Shown: positions 45,329-55,417 of the stretch, piece after piece | How the letters are laid out: the number at the start of each line of letters is the position of its first letter | How positions within the stretch are numbered: position 1 is the first letter of the stretch | Assembly: GCA_038064675.1 (NCBI GenBank) | Contig: JBBTSM010000006.1 | Coordinates: 7,776 to 71,775 of the forward strand | Reading direction: 5' to 3' | DNA length: 64,000 nt | Source of the DNA: Patescibacteria group bacterium | GTDB taxonomy: Bacteria; Patescibacteriota; Patescibacteriia; UBA9934 | Program-made: the position numbers and the translations under genes | Notes under the pieces: generated by a model | Database searches by the model: none | Told to the model about the DNA's origin: nothing | The model's input: only the letters and a program-made list of their open reading frames with translations

Positions 45329-46645
45329 TTGTATTTTCATTTACCCTTGGCAACAAAATCGGCTATCATTGTGGCATCTATGACGTTTCCAAAAGGTACG
45401 TTGGTGACATCGCTTTTTCTTGCGCTTCCCCTTGTACTCTGGCTCGTTGCCGAGCCACCCACTGCGTCGATTTCGTATCTTGGAAAAATTCTTGGCGTGT
45501 TTGGTTTTGCGGCATTCACCCTTGCACTTCTTTTAGCCATTCGCATCCCACTTCAAGAAAAAATCTTTGGCGATCTTGGTCAATCGTATCGTTTTCATCA
45601 GACAATCGGAACTCTCGCCCTCATGGCACTCGTGCTCCATCCGGTGTTTCTTGCGTGGCAGTACATTCAACTTTCATTCAAGGATGCCGCAGTTTTCCTC
45701 TTGCCTATCGGCGACCTTGCAAAGAACCTTGGCCTGTTCAGCCTCATCATCATGACCGTGTGCATCATTTGCACGTACTACATTCGTCTGCCGTATCACA
45801 TTTGGAAAAAGGTTCATCGGTACCTCGCACTCGCTTTTGTGTTCGGCGCAATGCACGGCGTCATGATTGGTGGCGATATTCAAACCATGCCACTCTTAAA
45901 GCTTTTGTTCATTATTTTCCTCGCACTTGGCGTTGTTGCCATTCTCTACCGAGTCCTCTTTAATCGTCTTTTTGTTCATCGAACACCATATGTCGTCAGC
46001 GGCGTGAATATCATCAATGAGAAGTTCGTTGATGTAACACTCACGCCAAAAGATCGTGGATTCGATCTAAAGCCCGGTCAGTTTGCGTACATCACCTACA
46101 TGAGTAACGGCGTGAAAGCCGAAGAACATCCATTCTCGATTGCAGGCTCCGGACCGAACGGATCGATTCGCTTCGTGACGAAGAAACTCGGCGACTTTAC
46201 CAACACACTTTCAAACATCGTGGTTGGCGACGAAGCGATGGTTGAAGGACCGTACGGAAGCTTTACGTATACCAGCGGAGGCAAAACTCAATGCTGGATT
46301 GCTGGCGGCATTGGCATTACGCCATTCCTCGCTTTCGCAGCATCGCTACCGGACGATTATCGCGCAACACTGTACTACGCAATCTCCGATGAAACTGAGA
46401 ATGCCGTCGCAAATGATCTCGCCGATCTTGCGAAACGAAAATCAAACCTCGATATTGTCGTGTGGAACAGCAAGGAAAAGGGATTTCTCACCGCGGCATC
46501 GGCGCTTAGCAAGCTCGACCCCGCATCAACCGACGTCTTCCTCTGCGGCCCAGGAGGCATGGTCAAAGCCATGCGTGATCAACTTTTTGCCCTCCACGTT
46601 CCCCACCACCACATCCACCAAGAAAAATTCAGCATGCTCCCCTAA
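45329..46645 (+). CDS. NOX/ferric-reductase-family membrane flavo-heme oxidoreductase (6-TM ferric-reductase domain + FAD-binding + NAD(P)-binding domains)
   Basis: TM helices carry paired His (HQTIGTLALMALVLHPVF; HRYLALAFVFGAMHGVM). FNR-like FAD domain (KPGQFAYITY...HPFSIAG) and NAD domain (CWIAGGIGITPFLAFA). Confidence 0.7.
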   Translation: MYFHLPLATKSAIIVASMTFPKGTLVTSLFLALPLVLWLVAEPPTASISYLGKILGVFGFAAFTLALLLAIRIPLQEKIFGDLGQSYRFHQTIGTLALMALVLHPVFLAWQYIQLSFKDAAVFLLPIGDLAKNLGLFSLIIMTVCIICTYYIRLPYHIWKKVHRYLALAFVFGAMHGVMIGGDIQTMPLLKLLFIIFLALGVVAILYRVLFNRLFVHRTPYVVSGVNIINEKFVDVTLTPKDRGFDLKPGQFAYITYMSNGVKAEEHPFSIAGSGPNGSIRFVTKKLGDFTNTLSNIVVGDEAMVEGPYGSFTYTSGGKTQCWIAGGIGITPFLAFAASLPDDYRATLYYAISDETENAVANDLADLAKRKSNLDIVVWNSKEKGFLTAASALSKLDPASTDVFLCGPGGMVKAMRDQLFALHVPHHHIHQEKFSMLP

Positions 46646-46723
46646 TATGAAATTCGCCCTCACCATTGTTCTCGTATTCGCGACAGTGTCGATTGGACTG
46701 ATTTTAGTGATGGGAGCCTTCGC

Positions 46724-47770
46724 CTAAGATTCCTTTTCCTCTCCGTAATACCCGCGTTCGTTTTCTGGAAGCAGTTCGGCAACCTTCTTCATCACATCGT
46801 GAACACTCTGTCCTTCGCCGAGTACCACGGGTTCGCCCGCTGTCGCGCTTCCCTTGGTGATTCCGACCGGAACAATCGGCAGATCTTTTCCCGTGAGCCG
46901 GCGATATTCACGAGCGATGTGCTCAATGCCACCATACGCTTTTCGCATCTTTCCTCCCTCATACAACCAAAGCCCTTCAGGAAAAAGAATAACCGGCTCG
47001 CCCTTCAAAAGCACGGCGGCTGTAGTCTGTATCGATTCCTGATGAGCGCGCATGGTTTCGCGATCCATCGGCTTCCGATCTCGCTCAATCACTTTTGCGT
47101 AATACGCTTTAGCGCCGCTCGGGGCTCGCTGCAATACTTCTGCCTTCTTTTCCTCTGACAAGTTTCGAAGCGTAGATTTTACCTCGATCGCTCCAATAAC
47201 ATTCAAAAACCATCGTCGCAAGGGGTCTGCCTCAAAGTGCATATCTGCAACAAGCGTATGCGCAGGACGGCCGAGCAGTGCAAGAATTTTATACAGGTCA
47301 AAAAGTCGAGTGTGGTTGCTTACAGCGATACATCCGCCTGTTAGCGGAACATGTTCCCGACCACGGATATGAAAAAGTCCAAGCGCCTCGAAAGCACTAT
47401 AAATGCTTTTCGAGACCCTTTGGAGCGCTCCAGCGAAAAACTGCTTTTCACGAAAACGTTCTGGAAGATTCTTCTCGATGTATGCGTCAACGGAGCTAGG
47501 CTTCGAAGGGACTATCGCCGTGTCTTCGCCAAGCAATCGCTCTCGAACCTTATCCGCAGTATCAAGGTCGCTCTCTCGAGACCGCTCTCTCACCTCTCGT
47601 CCATCAGGAACCTCCGCAACATCGATCGATTCATGGTCACGCCGAATTTCTAAAGCTTCAGCCGATGTCCCGAGCGCCTTTCCTAAATCTTTCTCAGACT
47701 CTTTTGGCATATCAAAGCCCGCTATCGTCCAACAACTCCCCTCACAAATCTCGCAGCTCGATACATCCAA
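46724..47770 (-). CDS. lysophospholipid acyltransferase (PlsC-family, HX4D motif)
   Basis: CIAVSNHTRLFDLY (HX4D) and PVILFPEG motifs of the LPLAT/PlsC family. Confidence 0.7.
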   Translation of the reverse strand: MDVSSCEICEGSCWTIAGFDMPKESEKDLGKALGTSAEALEIRRDHESIDVAEVPDGREVRERSRESDLDTADKVRERLLGEDTAIVPSKPSSVDAYIEKNLPERFREKQFFAGALQRVSKSIYSAFEALGLFHIRGREHVPLTGGCIAVSNHTRLFDLYKILALLGRPAHTLVADMHFEADPLRRWFLNVIGAIEVKSTLRNLSEEKKAEVLQRAPSGAKAYYAKVIERDRKPMDRETMRAHQESIQTTAAVLLKGEPVILFPEGLWLYEGGKMRKAYGGIEHIAREYRRLTGKDLPIVPVGITKGSATAGEPVVLGEGQSVHDVMKKVAELLPENERGYYGEEKES

Positions 47771-48735
47771 TACTTTGGAACGTTCACGGGAATGTCGAAC
47801 GTGCCAGCGGTGGCGTAGATGGAGCCGCCGAAGGCTTTTTTAAACTCGGTGATGCCGGCCCAGGGATGCTTTGCGGATGATCCTTCGGGCGCAATGCCCC
47901 AGAAGTCGTAGCGAATCATCCTGGAGTCGATCGCATCGTGGATAACGAAATCTTGGAGCACATGCGTCGCCTTGAGCTCGCGCATCTGATTGCCCGACGC
48001 ACCGTGAAGATACGTTCGCGTACCAAAAGAATCGATCGTCAGCGTTGCAGCAAGAGGAACCTCGTCTTTCGATGCAATCGCAAGCTTCGCGTGGCACGAT
48101 GGTTCGGCTCCAAGGGATTCGACCATGGATTTGTAGTACGCAATTTCGTGAATAGAAAATGCGTCGCGTTCTGCGGTTTGCTTCATCAAATCCACGAACT
48201 CATCGAATCGATCGATGCCAACGAATTCACAAATAACGCCCTTCTTTACGCCGAGCCTCGTGTTGTACCGAACTCGAGAGTTAAACTCACCGAATACCGC
48301 TTCGTAGCCCTTCGTCAAATCAAGAATCCGCGTGGTTTTTGGATGGGTTTCTTTGGTGGAAACCGATCGTGGAAGCTGCGTAATCGATTCCGTCCGAAGG
48401 TAATCCGTTCCGGCACCGAGCTCGGCGACCAATGCGTCGCGCATCGATTCCGGAGCCGCGTCGCCAATTGGGCCCTTCGGCACGAGCCAGTACGTAATTC
48501 CGAGCGGCGCCCTAAGTTTCATCGCCTGCGCGATACAGACCCCCTCCAACCACTCTCCTCGTCCGGCTCGGGACTCGTCGAGCGCCTTCGTAAGGGGGAG
48601 GGCTATCCTCCGAACCTCTCTTCCCTGACTCTTTTGAAACTCCCCCCACGCAAAACTCTGCAAAAATGCGCCGCTCGTTGGAGCAAAACGTGCGACCAAT
48701 GCATCCCATTCGCGCTGAGAGTATTCTGTCGTCAT
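47722..48735 (-). CDS. FemXAB-family aminoacyltransferase (tRNA-dependent peptidoglycan interpeptide-bridge formation)
   Basis: 337 aa whose block pattern matches FemX-like proteins: FLQSFAWGEF..., PKGPIGD, ILDLTKGYEAVFGEF..., YLHGASGNQ..., DFWGI. Confidence 0.55.
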   Translation of the reverse strand: MTTEYSQREWDALVARFAPTSGAFLQSFAWGEFQKSQGREVRRIALPLTKALDESRAGRGEWLEGVCIAQAMKLRAPLGITYWLVPKGPIGDAAPESMRDALVAELGAGTDYLRTESITQLPRSVSTKETHPKTTRILDLTKGYEAVFGEFNSRVRYNTRLGVKKGVICEFVGIDRFDEFVDLMKQTAERDAFSIHEIAYYKSMVESLGAEPSCHAKLAIASKDEVPLAATLTIDSFGTRTYLHGASGNQMRELKATHVLQDFVIHDAIDSRMIRYDFWGIAPEGSSAKHPWAGITEFKKAFGGSIYATAGTFDIPVNVPKYWMYRAARFVRGVVGR

Positions 48736-49286
48736 ACGTGGCGAGACAAAAGCTTTAACGCAGATTTTACGCGAGATTCTGTGGTTTCGCCAGTAATATC
48801 TTTTGCGATTCCAGACACATCAGCCTTTGAATACCCAAGGCTTTCGAGTGCGTCGGCAACATCCGATTGCACCGATCCTGACTCAGTCTTGTCCTCGAGG
48901 ACGAGCACACCTTTCAAATCGAGAATGATCTTTTGCGCCGTCTTCTTCCCTACTCCCGAAATCGCGTTAAAAAACGCCACGTCGTCTGTATGAATATGGC
49001 GAATGATGTCTTCCGCCGATCCTGAAGCCAAAATCTTCTGCGCAAGCTTCGGCCCAACACCAGACACGCCCATGAACTGCTCGAAGAGTGCTTGATCAGA
49101 TCGATCACCGAATCCGTAGAGATCGTGCTTGTCTTCGCGAATAATCTCGCTGATCCAGAATCGAATCCGATCGCCAACTTCGCATTTCTGTCGCGCAACA
49201 AAAACACGATACCCGATGCCGTTCACTTCCAAGAGAACGCCGTCGGATTCAAGCCCAGTAATTGTTCCGTCTAAATAGGCGATCAT
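48732..49286 (-). CDS. ruvA: Holliday junction branch-migration protein RuvA
   Basis: MIAYLDGTITGLESDGVLLEVNGIGYRVFV (domain I OB fold), HhH pairs (FEQFMGVSGVGPKLAQKIL; ISGVGKKTAQKIIL) and C-terminal domain III. Confidence 0.85.
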   Translation of the reverse strand: MIAYLDGTITGLESDGVLLEVNGIGYRVFVARQKCEVGDRIRFWISEIIREDKHDLYGFGDRSDQALFEQFMGVSGVGPKLAQKILASGSAEDIIRHIHTDDVAFFNAISGVGKKTAQKIILDLKGVLVLEDKTESGSVQSDVADALESLGYSKADVSGIAKDITGETTESRVKSALKLLSRHV

Positions 49287-49424
49287 ATCTTAATTTTATA
49301 GGACTTTCTCATTTGTGACTATTTTCGGTGCGGAGCGAGGAGAACTCGCGAAACGTACTTCGTGTGTACGTAGAGCGATTCGACGATGCGACAAGCCGAA
49401 AAGAGGCCAAATGAGGAAGTCCTA

Positions 49425-50594
49425 CTACACGGAAAGGCCTTCAGCCGCGAGGAGCTTCTGTGCACGGTGGGCGCATTCACAAATATGCCCGGCGTGATCG
49501 CCGAACACCTCGCCTTGCGACTCACCACGAGTCACTTCGTACACATGTTCCATAACAACGCCGCGCTCTGGGCCGATCGGCGTCTTTAAGAGTGCAAAGA
49601 TCACCTCGGGCGCGAGACCAGAATCGCCGAGGATTGATTTGATCCGAAGTTTTCGAGCGTGAGCCTGCCGAGCCTCACGAGCAGCGAATCGTTCTGACAT
49701 CGCCGTATGTTCGGCAAGCGCAAATGCTCGAAAGACTGGTAACGGAATAGGTCGAATAAGACCTATCCGACCAATATCGTGATCAAGCAACGCAATCGCG
49801 AGCAGCGCATCCAAATATTTCTCTACATTCAGTCCTGCTTTTCCTGCACGGGCCGCAAACACGCCGAACTCCGATTCGTTTCCAGGGGTTATAAAAAACT
49901 CTTCGACGTCGTCGTGACTCCAACAGAGCTCTGCAATGAACTTTTCGTACGCATGTTCAAGGTTGAAGCAACGAACAATCGCTGCGCGAGCCTCGGCATA
50001 CTGTGGCGCAATCACCGCGCGATCGGCGTCATCGTATGTTGCAACAATTCCAGATTGTGCAAACCACGATGCGCTGTCACCACCATGTGCCCGTCGCATT
50101 TTGTCGTAGCGATGAAGCTCGGATGACGTTGAATATTCATCTGCTCGGCGATTCAACCGAACAAATCCTTCTCTCTCCCCTACCGACCCGGATTCCGCGA
50201 CCAACAATAATCGATCCGGCTTCGCGATATTGTGCATGACGGCAAACGCACGAAACACGTCTGGAAAATCGCGAATCGCCTCCTCCGCATCGAGAAGCGC
50301 AAGGGAAAGCACAGGATCCGTCGCGATGTCCTCGCAGTCTCGCATCGATTCCCCGCTCGCGATTGCATCGATTGCGGCGAATGTTCGGATGATGTGATCC
50401 GCAACAAACGGCCCTTCGCAATGGCGCGGCGCGGTTTGCGGTGTGGTCGACAACACCGAAATCGATGGAATATCTTGTACGACCGCACCGAACCGATCTC
50501 GAGCATTGTGCAATCGAGGTTCCGTGAGCATTTCATCGATAAGAGTCTGGACCGATCGTGTGGATCGGTGCTCGGGTTTTGCAAGAAAATCCAT
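49425..50594 (-). CDS. hypothetical protein
   Basis: 389 aa, no confident domain call. Stop is 2 nt before the DHH gene start (operon-like). Confidence 0.4.
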   Translation of the reverse strand: MDFLAKPEHRSTRSVQTLIDEMLTEPRLHNARDRFGAVVQDIPSISVLSTTPQTAPRHCEGPFVADHIIRTFAAIDAIASGESMRDCEDIATDPVLSLALLDAEEAIRDFPDVFRAFAVMHNIAKPDRLLLVAESGSVGEREGFVRLNRRADEYSTSSELHRYDKMRRAHGGDSASWFAQSGIVATYDDADRAVIAPQYAEARAAIVRCFNLEHAYEKFIAELCWSHDDVEEFFITPGNESEFGVFAARAGKAGLNVEKYLDALLAIALLDHDIGRIGLIRPIPLPVFRAFALAEHTAMSERFAAREARQAHARKLRIKSILGDSGLAPEVIFALLKTPIGPERGVVMEHVYEVTRGESQGEVFGDHAGHICECAHRAQKLLAAEGLSV

Positions 50595-50595
50595 A

Positions 50596-51447
50596 CTAGC
50601 TCGTGAGAAGCGCCAAACGGTGAGCCGCGATCACTTCATCGACCGTTGGCAGATTTCCATCGGCATCAATCGGCTTGCCCCAACACAAATTCTGTCCAAA
50701 AGTGAAGCCACCAAACGTTTGTTGCAACGCGAGTGCTGTCGGCGTTTCTTGGATGTAGACGATTCGACCGGGCTGATAAATCACCGTTACTGGCGCTTCG
50801 GCAAAGTCTTCAGCAGCGAGAAATGAAATCGCTTCGCGAATACGAAGTGCCGGATCGGGAATCGTTACAACAATAACGCCTTCGATAACTTCCTTATTCT
50901 TCCATGCTTTCAACGCCGCCTTCTCCTCCTTTGCCTGACTAGGATCGAGCACCGCATTTTGCTCGCGATAATGTGCAATCATGCGCTTCCGATCGGCTTC
51001 TGGAACATTCTCCTTTGCCAATTCCCACACAAAGCCGCGATCGATAAGACCAACGCCACGAATAAGCACCGGATCGAATCCCGCAATGCGCAACGTCGTA
51101 TCGTCCATGTCGAACAGTGCACGAATCTGTTCTAGCGAGCTCTCCTTCTTCATTCGGTCCAGCGATTCGTACCGATGATGGTCGACAATATGCACATCAA
51201 ACCCAAGCTCACGCAGCTTGTCTTCCGTAGAAACATTCGGCATCTCCACAATAACAATATCGTGCGCAACCGGATTCGTTTCGCGAATGCGATCAATGAG
51301 GTTCGGTTCCGCATCGAGCGTTGCCCCATGCGGCTGCGCCGAAACAACGCACGGAATATGCAACGCCTCCGCAAGCGAAACAATCGTGAGCGACTCCACG
51401 TCGTTCCTTGGGGAAATGATAATGCTGGTCAGTGGATCAAGGGACAT
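50596..51447 (-). CDS. DHH-family phosphoesterase (start set at MSLDPLT; ORF open to 51651 across a GC-rich hairpin block)
   Basis: GFDVHIVDHHRYESLD carries the canonical DHH motif. Confidence 0.45.
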   Translation of the reverse strand: MSLDPLTSIIISPRNDVESLTIVSLAEALHIPCVVSAQPHGATLDAEPNLIDRIRETNPVAHDIVIVEMPNVSTEDKLRELGFDVHIVDHHRYESLDRMKKESSLEQIRALFDMDDTTLRIAGFDPVLIRGVGLIDRGFVWELAKENVPEADRKRMIAHYREQNAVLDPSQAKEEKAALKAWKNKEVIEGVIVVTIPDPALRIREAISFLAAEDFAEAPVTVIYQPGRIVYIQETPTALALQQTFGGFTFGQNLCWGKPIDADGNLPTVDEVIAAHRLALLTS

Positions 51448-51559
51448 GCGAACATTGTACCGCAATTTTTCCCCAAGACATGGAGGAAGCTCCATAAAAT
51501 CAGAACTCCCACCGCGAGGCGAGAGCCTGGGTGGGAGGGCGTTCCGCCTACGGAGGCGG

Positions 51560-51922
51560 TCAGTGGATGTTGGAGTCACTGTCGTCGCGGTCGGCGCCGA
51601 TCTGAAACACCGACGATACGTGCACGTGGCCCTTGAGGGTTCCGGACACAATACAGACCCAGTTGTCCGTGAAGTTGACGTTCTTCAACCCCGGTGCGAG
51701 GCCGTCGTTGTCCCTATCCTCCACCCACAGACCACCGCCGAGATCCGCGCAGTCCTTGAGGGCCCGCTCCTCACGGGAGAGGTTGGCGGAGGCAGTCGAC
51801 ACGAGAGACGGATTGAAAGAGCTCTTGCCGCCCGGAACCATCCGTACAAAGAGGATAGAGCCTCCGAAGCCGGTAAGGAAGATAAGGATGTGAACCACGG
51901 TATTACGACTCACAGAGATCAC
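51560..51922 (-). CDS. small secreted/membrane-anchored hypothetical protein (high-GC islet)
   Basis: 120 aa with N-terminal hydrophobic segment VVHILIFLTGFGGSILFV. High GC3. Followed on its own strand by hairpins (51506-51537 ctcccacc..ggtgggag; 51544-51559 ccgcct-acgg-aggcgg) and a T-run. Confidence 0.35.
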   Translation of the reverse strand: MISVSRNTVVHILIFLTGFGGSILFVRMVPGGKSSFNPSLVSTASANLSREERALKDCADLGGGLWVEDRDNDGLAPGLKNVNFTDNWVCIVSGTLKGHVHVSSVFQIGADRDDSDSNIH

Positions 51923-52088
51923 CCGAAGCCATAGAGACAGGCTCCGTACCCTTCTGAGGTACGACTTGCCATATCGCTACTATGCCACAAAAAGTGACTT
52001 CTGTCAAGTATAATGGCTAACATTAGCCAAATAATAAAACACAAAATCCCCGGTTTTGGGGATGTTGTGAAGAACAATATTTTAGCGA

Positions 52089-52454
52089 TTACGCCCCTAG
52101 ATAATCTGCGAGCGCCTTGCCCTGGAGATACACATCAGTTCCCTGACCGCGATCAAGATTCACGTACCCGTGAATCTTTACTGGCGCGCCACTAGCGTCG
52201 TACAACACGTCCACGGTTTCGGATGCGACGCGGAGCCCTTCCGGCAACTCCTCGTCCACCAACCAGTACCCGTACGATTCCGGGCTTCCTCCAGAATAAT
52301 GAAGCTCTACAGACGAATCATATACCACTCTTCCTTCGGCGTCTGGACGCGAAGCCGCATGAGCTTTACGAGTAAAAGCCAGGAGCTCCGACATACGCCA
52401 GTTCTCATGCTGCCAGCCTTCCTTTCTTTCTCCAATCTGCTCGCCTGGATTCAT
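52089..52454 (-). CDS. hypothetical protein
   Basis: 121-aa ORF immediately downstream of ileS on the same strand. Confidence 0.35.
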   Translation of the reverse strand: MNPGEQIGERKEGWQHENWRMSELLAFTRKAHAASRPDAEGRVVYDSSVELHYSGGSPESYGYWLVDEELPEGLRVASETVDVLYDASGAPVKIHGYVNLDRGQGTDVYLQGKALADYLGA

Positions 52455-52463
52455 AGAATCTCA

Positions 52464-55373
52464 TTAGGTTTTCACTATTCCGATTGTAACATCCTGCTCC
52501 GCGACGCGGAACGAAACAGACGTTGCGCCTTCCGAAATCGATCCGAACTCGATGGTCGATGAGAGCGTGTCGGCTTTGATGGCGTCGCCGTGCTCCGCGA
52601 ACATGGTTTTTACTTCGTCGGACGATGAATCGATCGTGAGTGCGATGCGGTCGGCGATCGTTAACCCACCATCTTTGCGCATACCGTTTACTCGACGCGT
52701 TACTTCGCGGGCAATACCGTCGCGGATGAGTTCTGGGGTGAGATTTGTATCAACGTCCACCATCAGCTCCTCCCCCTGCATCACTACCGCTTTTCGAACG
52801 TTCACCTCATCGAGGATAACAGTGAGAATATTCTCGTCGATCTCACCAGAAGGCGTCGCGATCGTCATTGATCCGAGTGCCTGCTTTACCGCCCGACCAC
52901 TGCTATCACGAGCTTCCATCACTCGGGATACAATGGCGCGAGCCTCCCCCATTTCCTTAAGAATCGACTGCTCGATTGGCTGTACTTCTGGCCAAAGTTC
53001 CAAGTGCACGGACCGGTCGTCCGCCCCACGAGTAACAGCGAGGTATACGTACTCTGCCAAGAATGGCATGAACGGCGCGATCATCTTAGAGAATGTTTCG
53101 AGCACGGTTCGCAACGTTGCAAGCGCTTCTGCGCGATCGGCTCCGGCGTCCTTCATACGATCGCGAGATCGGCGAAGGTACCAAATGCTCAAGTCCGTCA
53201 CAAACGACTGAAGACCTCGCGTTGCATCAGAGAGCTCGTACTGCTCCAACGACTGCGTTTCGCTTTCAAGTGTTTCATTTAAGCGCGATAAGATCCATCG
53301 ATCCAACACATGTCGTGGTACCGCCGGCTCGAATGTGTCGTGCTCCTGATACAACTGATAGAAGGACAACACGTTGCGCAGAATGGTGATGAATTTCTTG
53401 CTCACCTCATCCACTCCAGACTCTGTGAACCGCAAGTTTTCTGCCTTCACCACCGGCGTGCTCATCAAGTAGAAGCGCACGGCATCGGCACTGTACTTTT
53501 CGATGACTTCTGCTGGATCTGGATAGTTCTTTAAGCGCTTACTCATCTTCTTTCCGTCCTCCGCAAGCACAATTCCGTTCACAATGACGTTCTCAAACGC
53601 CGGCTTGTCGAACAACGCGGTAGACAACACGTGAAGCGTGTAAAACCAACCACGAGTTTGATCCTGACCTTCAGCAATAAACTGCGCCGGGAACCGGCCC
53701 GCGAGCTGATCGGAGTTTTCAAACGGATAGTGCAACTGCGCGTATGGCATCGAACCAGATTCAAACCAACAATCGAGCACCTCAGGAATTCGAGACATGA
53801 TTCCGGACTCACATTTCTCGCAATTGAAATGCAGTTCGTCGACAATATGCTTGTGCAAGTTCGGTGTATCCGAAATTGGATTCACCGATCGTTTTCGAAG
53901 CTCCGCGACGCTACCGATAACAGTGATATGACCGCAGCTTTCATCGCCGCACTTCCATACCGGCAATGGCGTGCCCCAAAAACGGGAACGGGAAATTGCC
54001 CAATCACGAGCGCCTTCCAGCCACTTTCCAAACCGTCCCTCTTTCATGTTATCCGGCACCCACGTAATCGCCTTATTGTTTTCCACTAATCGATCCCGCA
54101 TTTCTGCAACGCGCACAAACCAGGAACTGGTTGCAAAGTTCAAGAGCGGCGTGTCGCAACGCCAGCAGTGCGGATAGCTGTGCGTAAATTTCAGCTTTGC
54201 AAACAACGTTCCGTGATGCGCCAAGTATTTAATGACTTCGATGTCGACAAGGCTGTACTCCCCCTTTGCCTTCACCGGGATTCCTTTCACGTGGTAGCCC
54301 TCAGCCTCGAGATATTCCGAGACCTCAGTCGCAAGCTGGCCATTCATGCCCACGTGCTGAATACCCTTTACACCAAGTTTAACGCCAAGGTTCATGTCGT
54401 CCTCACCGTATGCCGGCGCAATATGCACCACACCAGTTCCATCAGCATCGGTCACGAAGTCTGCCGCCACCACACGGAACGCGTCTTTGTGATTGGCATA
54501 CACTGGGAACAGCGGTTCGTAGGCTGAATCCACGAGATCGAGACCGGTCATTTCATCGACAGTTGAATATTCCTTTCCCGCAAACACCTTTTCGACCAAT
54601 GCTTTTGCAACAATGTACGTCTGGCTCTCAAACGACACGCGGACGTACGTCATTTCTGGATGCACAGCGAGCAACACGTTTCCTGGCAACGTCCATGGTG
54701 TTGTCGTCCACACAAGCATTCGCGATCCGGCGCACTGGCCACCGGTTAACATCGGCGCCACCGTTACAGAGATATCGGTAACGTCCAGATAGCCTTGCGC
54801 AACTTCAAAATTGCTCAACGTGGTTTCGCAACGCGGGCACACGTGCATCGCTTTCTTGCCCTCGTAAATTTTGTTCTTCTTCCAAAGCTCCGCAAACACC
54901 CACCAAATGGATTCCATGAACTCCACGTCCATGGTTTTGTACGCGTTCTCCATGTCAACCCACCGGCCAAGACGACGGATCATCTTTTTCCATTCCGCAA
55001 CATACGTCAGCACCGTCGCTTCACAGCGATCGTTAAAATTCCCAATACCGTACGCAAGAATATCTTTCTTTGATTCCAATCCAAATTCCTTCTCAACCAA
55101 ATTTTCGATCGGCAATCCATGACAGTCCCAACCCCACTTTCGCTCCACGCGATACCCCTTCATGGTCCAAAACCGTGGCACCACATCCTTCATGATGCTT
55201 CCAACAATATGACCGTAATGCGGCAACCCTGTAGCAAATGGTGGACCATCGTAAAACGTGTAATGACGGTCCATGCTTCGCTGGTCCACGGAACGTTCAA
55301 AGACGCGATGCTTTGCCCAATATTCTAAAAGATCCTGTTCTTCTTGCGCGTGAGTCTTATGCATATCAGGCAT
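52464..55373 (-). CDS. ileS: isoleucine--tRNA ligase
   Basis: 969 aa. PFATGLPHYGHIVGS (HIGH), KMSKRLKNYP (KMSKS) and a CP1 editing domain. Confidence 0.9.
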   Translation of the reverse strand: MPDMHKTHAQEEQDLLEYWAKHRVFERSVDQRSMDRHYTFYDGPPFATGLPHYGHIVGSIMKDVVPRFWTMKGYRVERKWGWDCHGLPIENLVEKEFGLESKKDILAYGIGNFNDRCEATVLTYVAEWKKMIRRLGRWVDMENAYKTMDVEFMESIWWVFAELWKKNKIYEGKKAMHVCPRCETTLSNFEVAQGYLDVTDISVTVAPMLTGGQCAGSRMLVWTTTPWTLPGNVLLAVHPEMTYVRVSFESQTYIVAKALVEKVFAGKEYSTVDEMTGLDLVDSAYEPLFPVYANHKDAFRVVAADFVTDADGTGVVHIAPAYGEDDMNLGVKLGVKGIQHVGMNGQLATEVSEYLEAEGYHVKGIPVKAKGEYSLVDIEVIKYLAHHGTLFAKLKFTHSYPHCWRCDTPLLNFATSSWFVRVAEMRDRLVENNKAITWVPDNMKEGRFGKWLEGARDWAISRSRFWGTPLPVWKCGDESCGHITVIGSVAELRKRSVNPISDTPNLHKHIVDELHFNCEKCESGIMSRIPEVLDCWFESGSMPYAQLHYPFENSDQLAGRFPAQFIAEGQDQTRGWFYTLHVLSTALFDKPAFENVIVNGIVLAEDGKKMSKRLKNYPDPAEVIEKYSADAVRFYLMSTPVVKAENLRFTESGVDEVSKKFITILRNVLSFYQLYQEHDTFEPAVPRHVLDRWILSRLNETLESETQSLEQYELSDATRGLQSFVTDLSIWYLRRSRDRMKDAGADRAEALATLRTVLETFSKMIAPFMPFLAEYVYLAVTRGADDRSVHLELWPEVQPIEQSILKEMGEARAIVSRVMEARDSSGRAVKQALGSMTIATPSGEIDENILTVILDEVNVRKAVVMQGEELMVDVDTNLTPELIRDGIAREVTRRVNGMRKDGGLTIADRIALTIDSSSDEVKTMFAEHGDAIKADTLSSTIEFGSISEGATSVSFRVAEQDVTIGIVKT

Positions 55374-55417
55374 AGTGAGACACCGAATACTCGGGCTCGA
55401 TTAGTTTTGATGAAACG

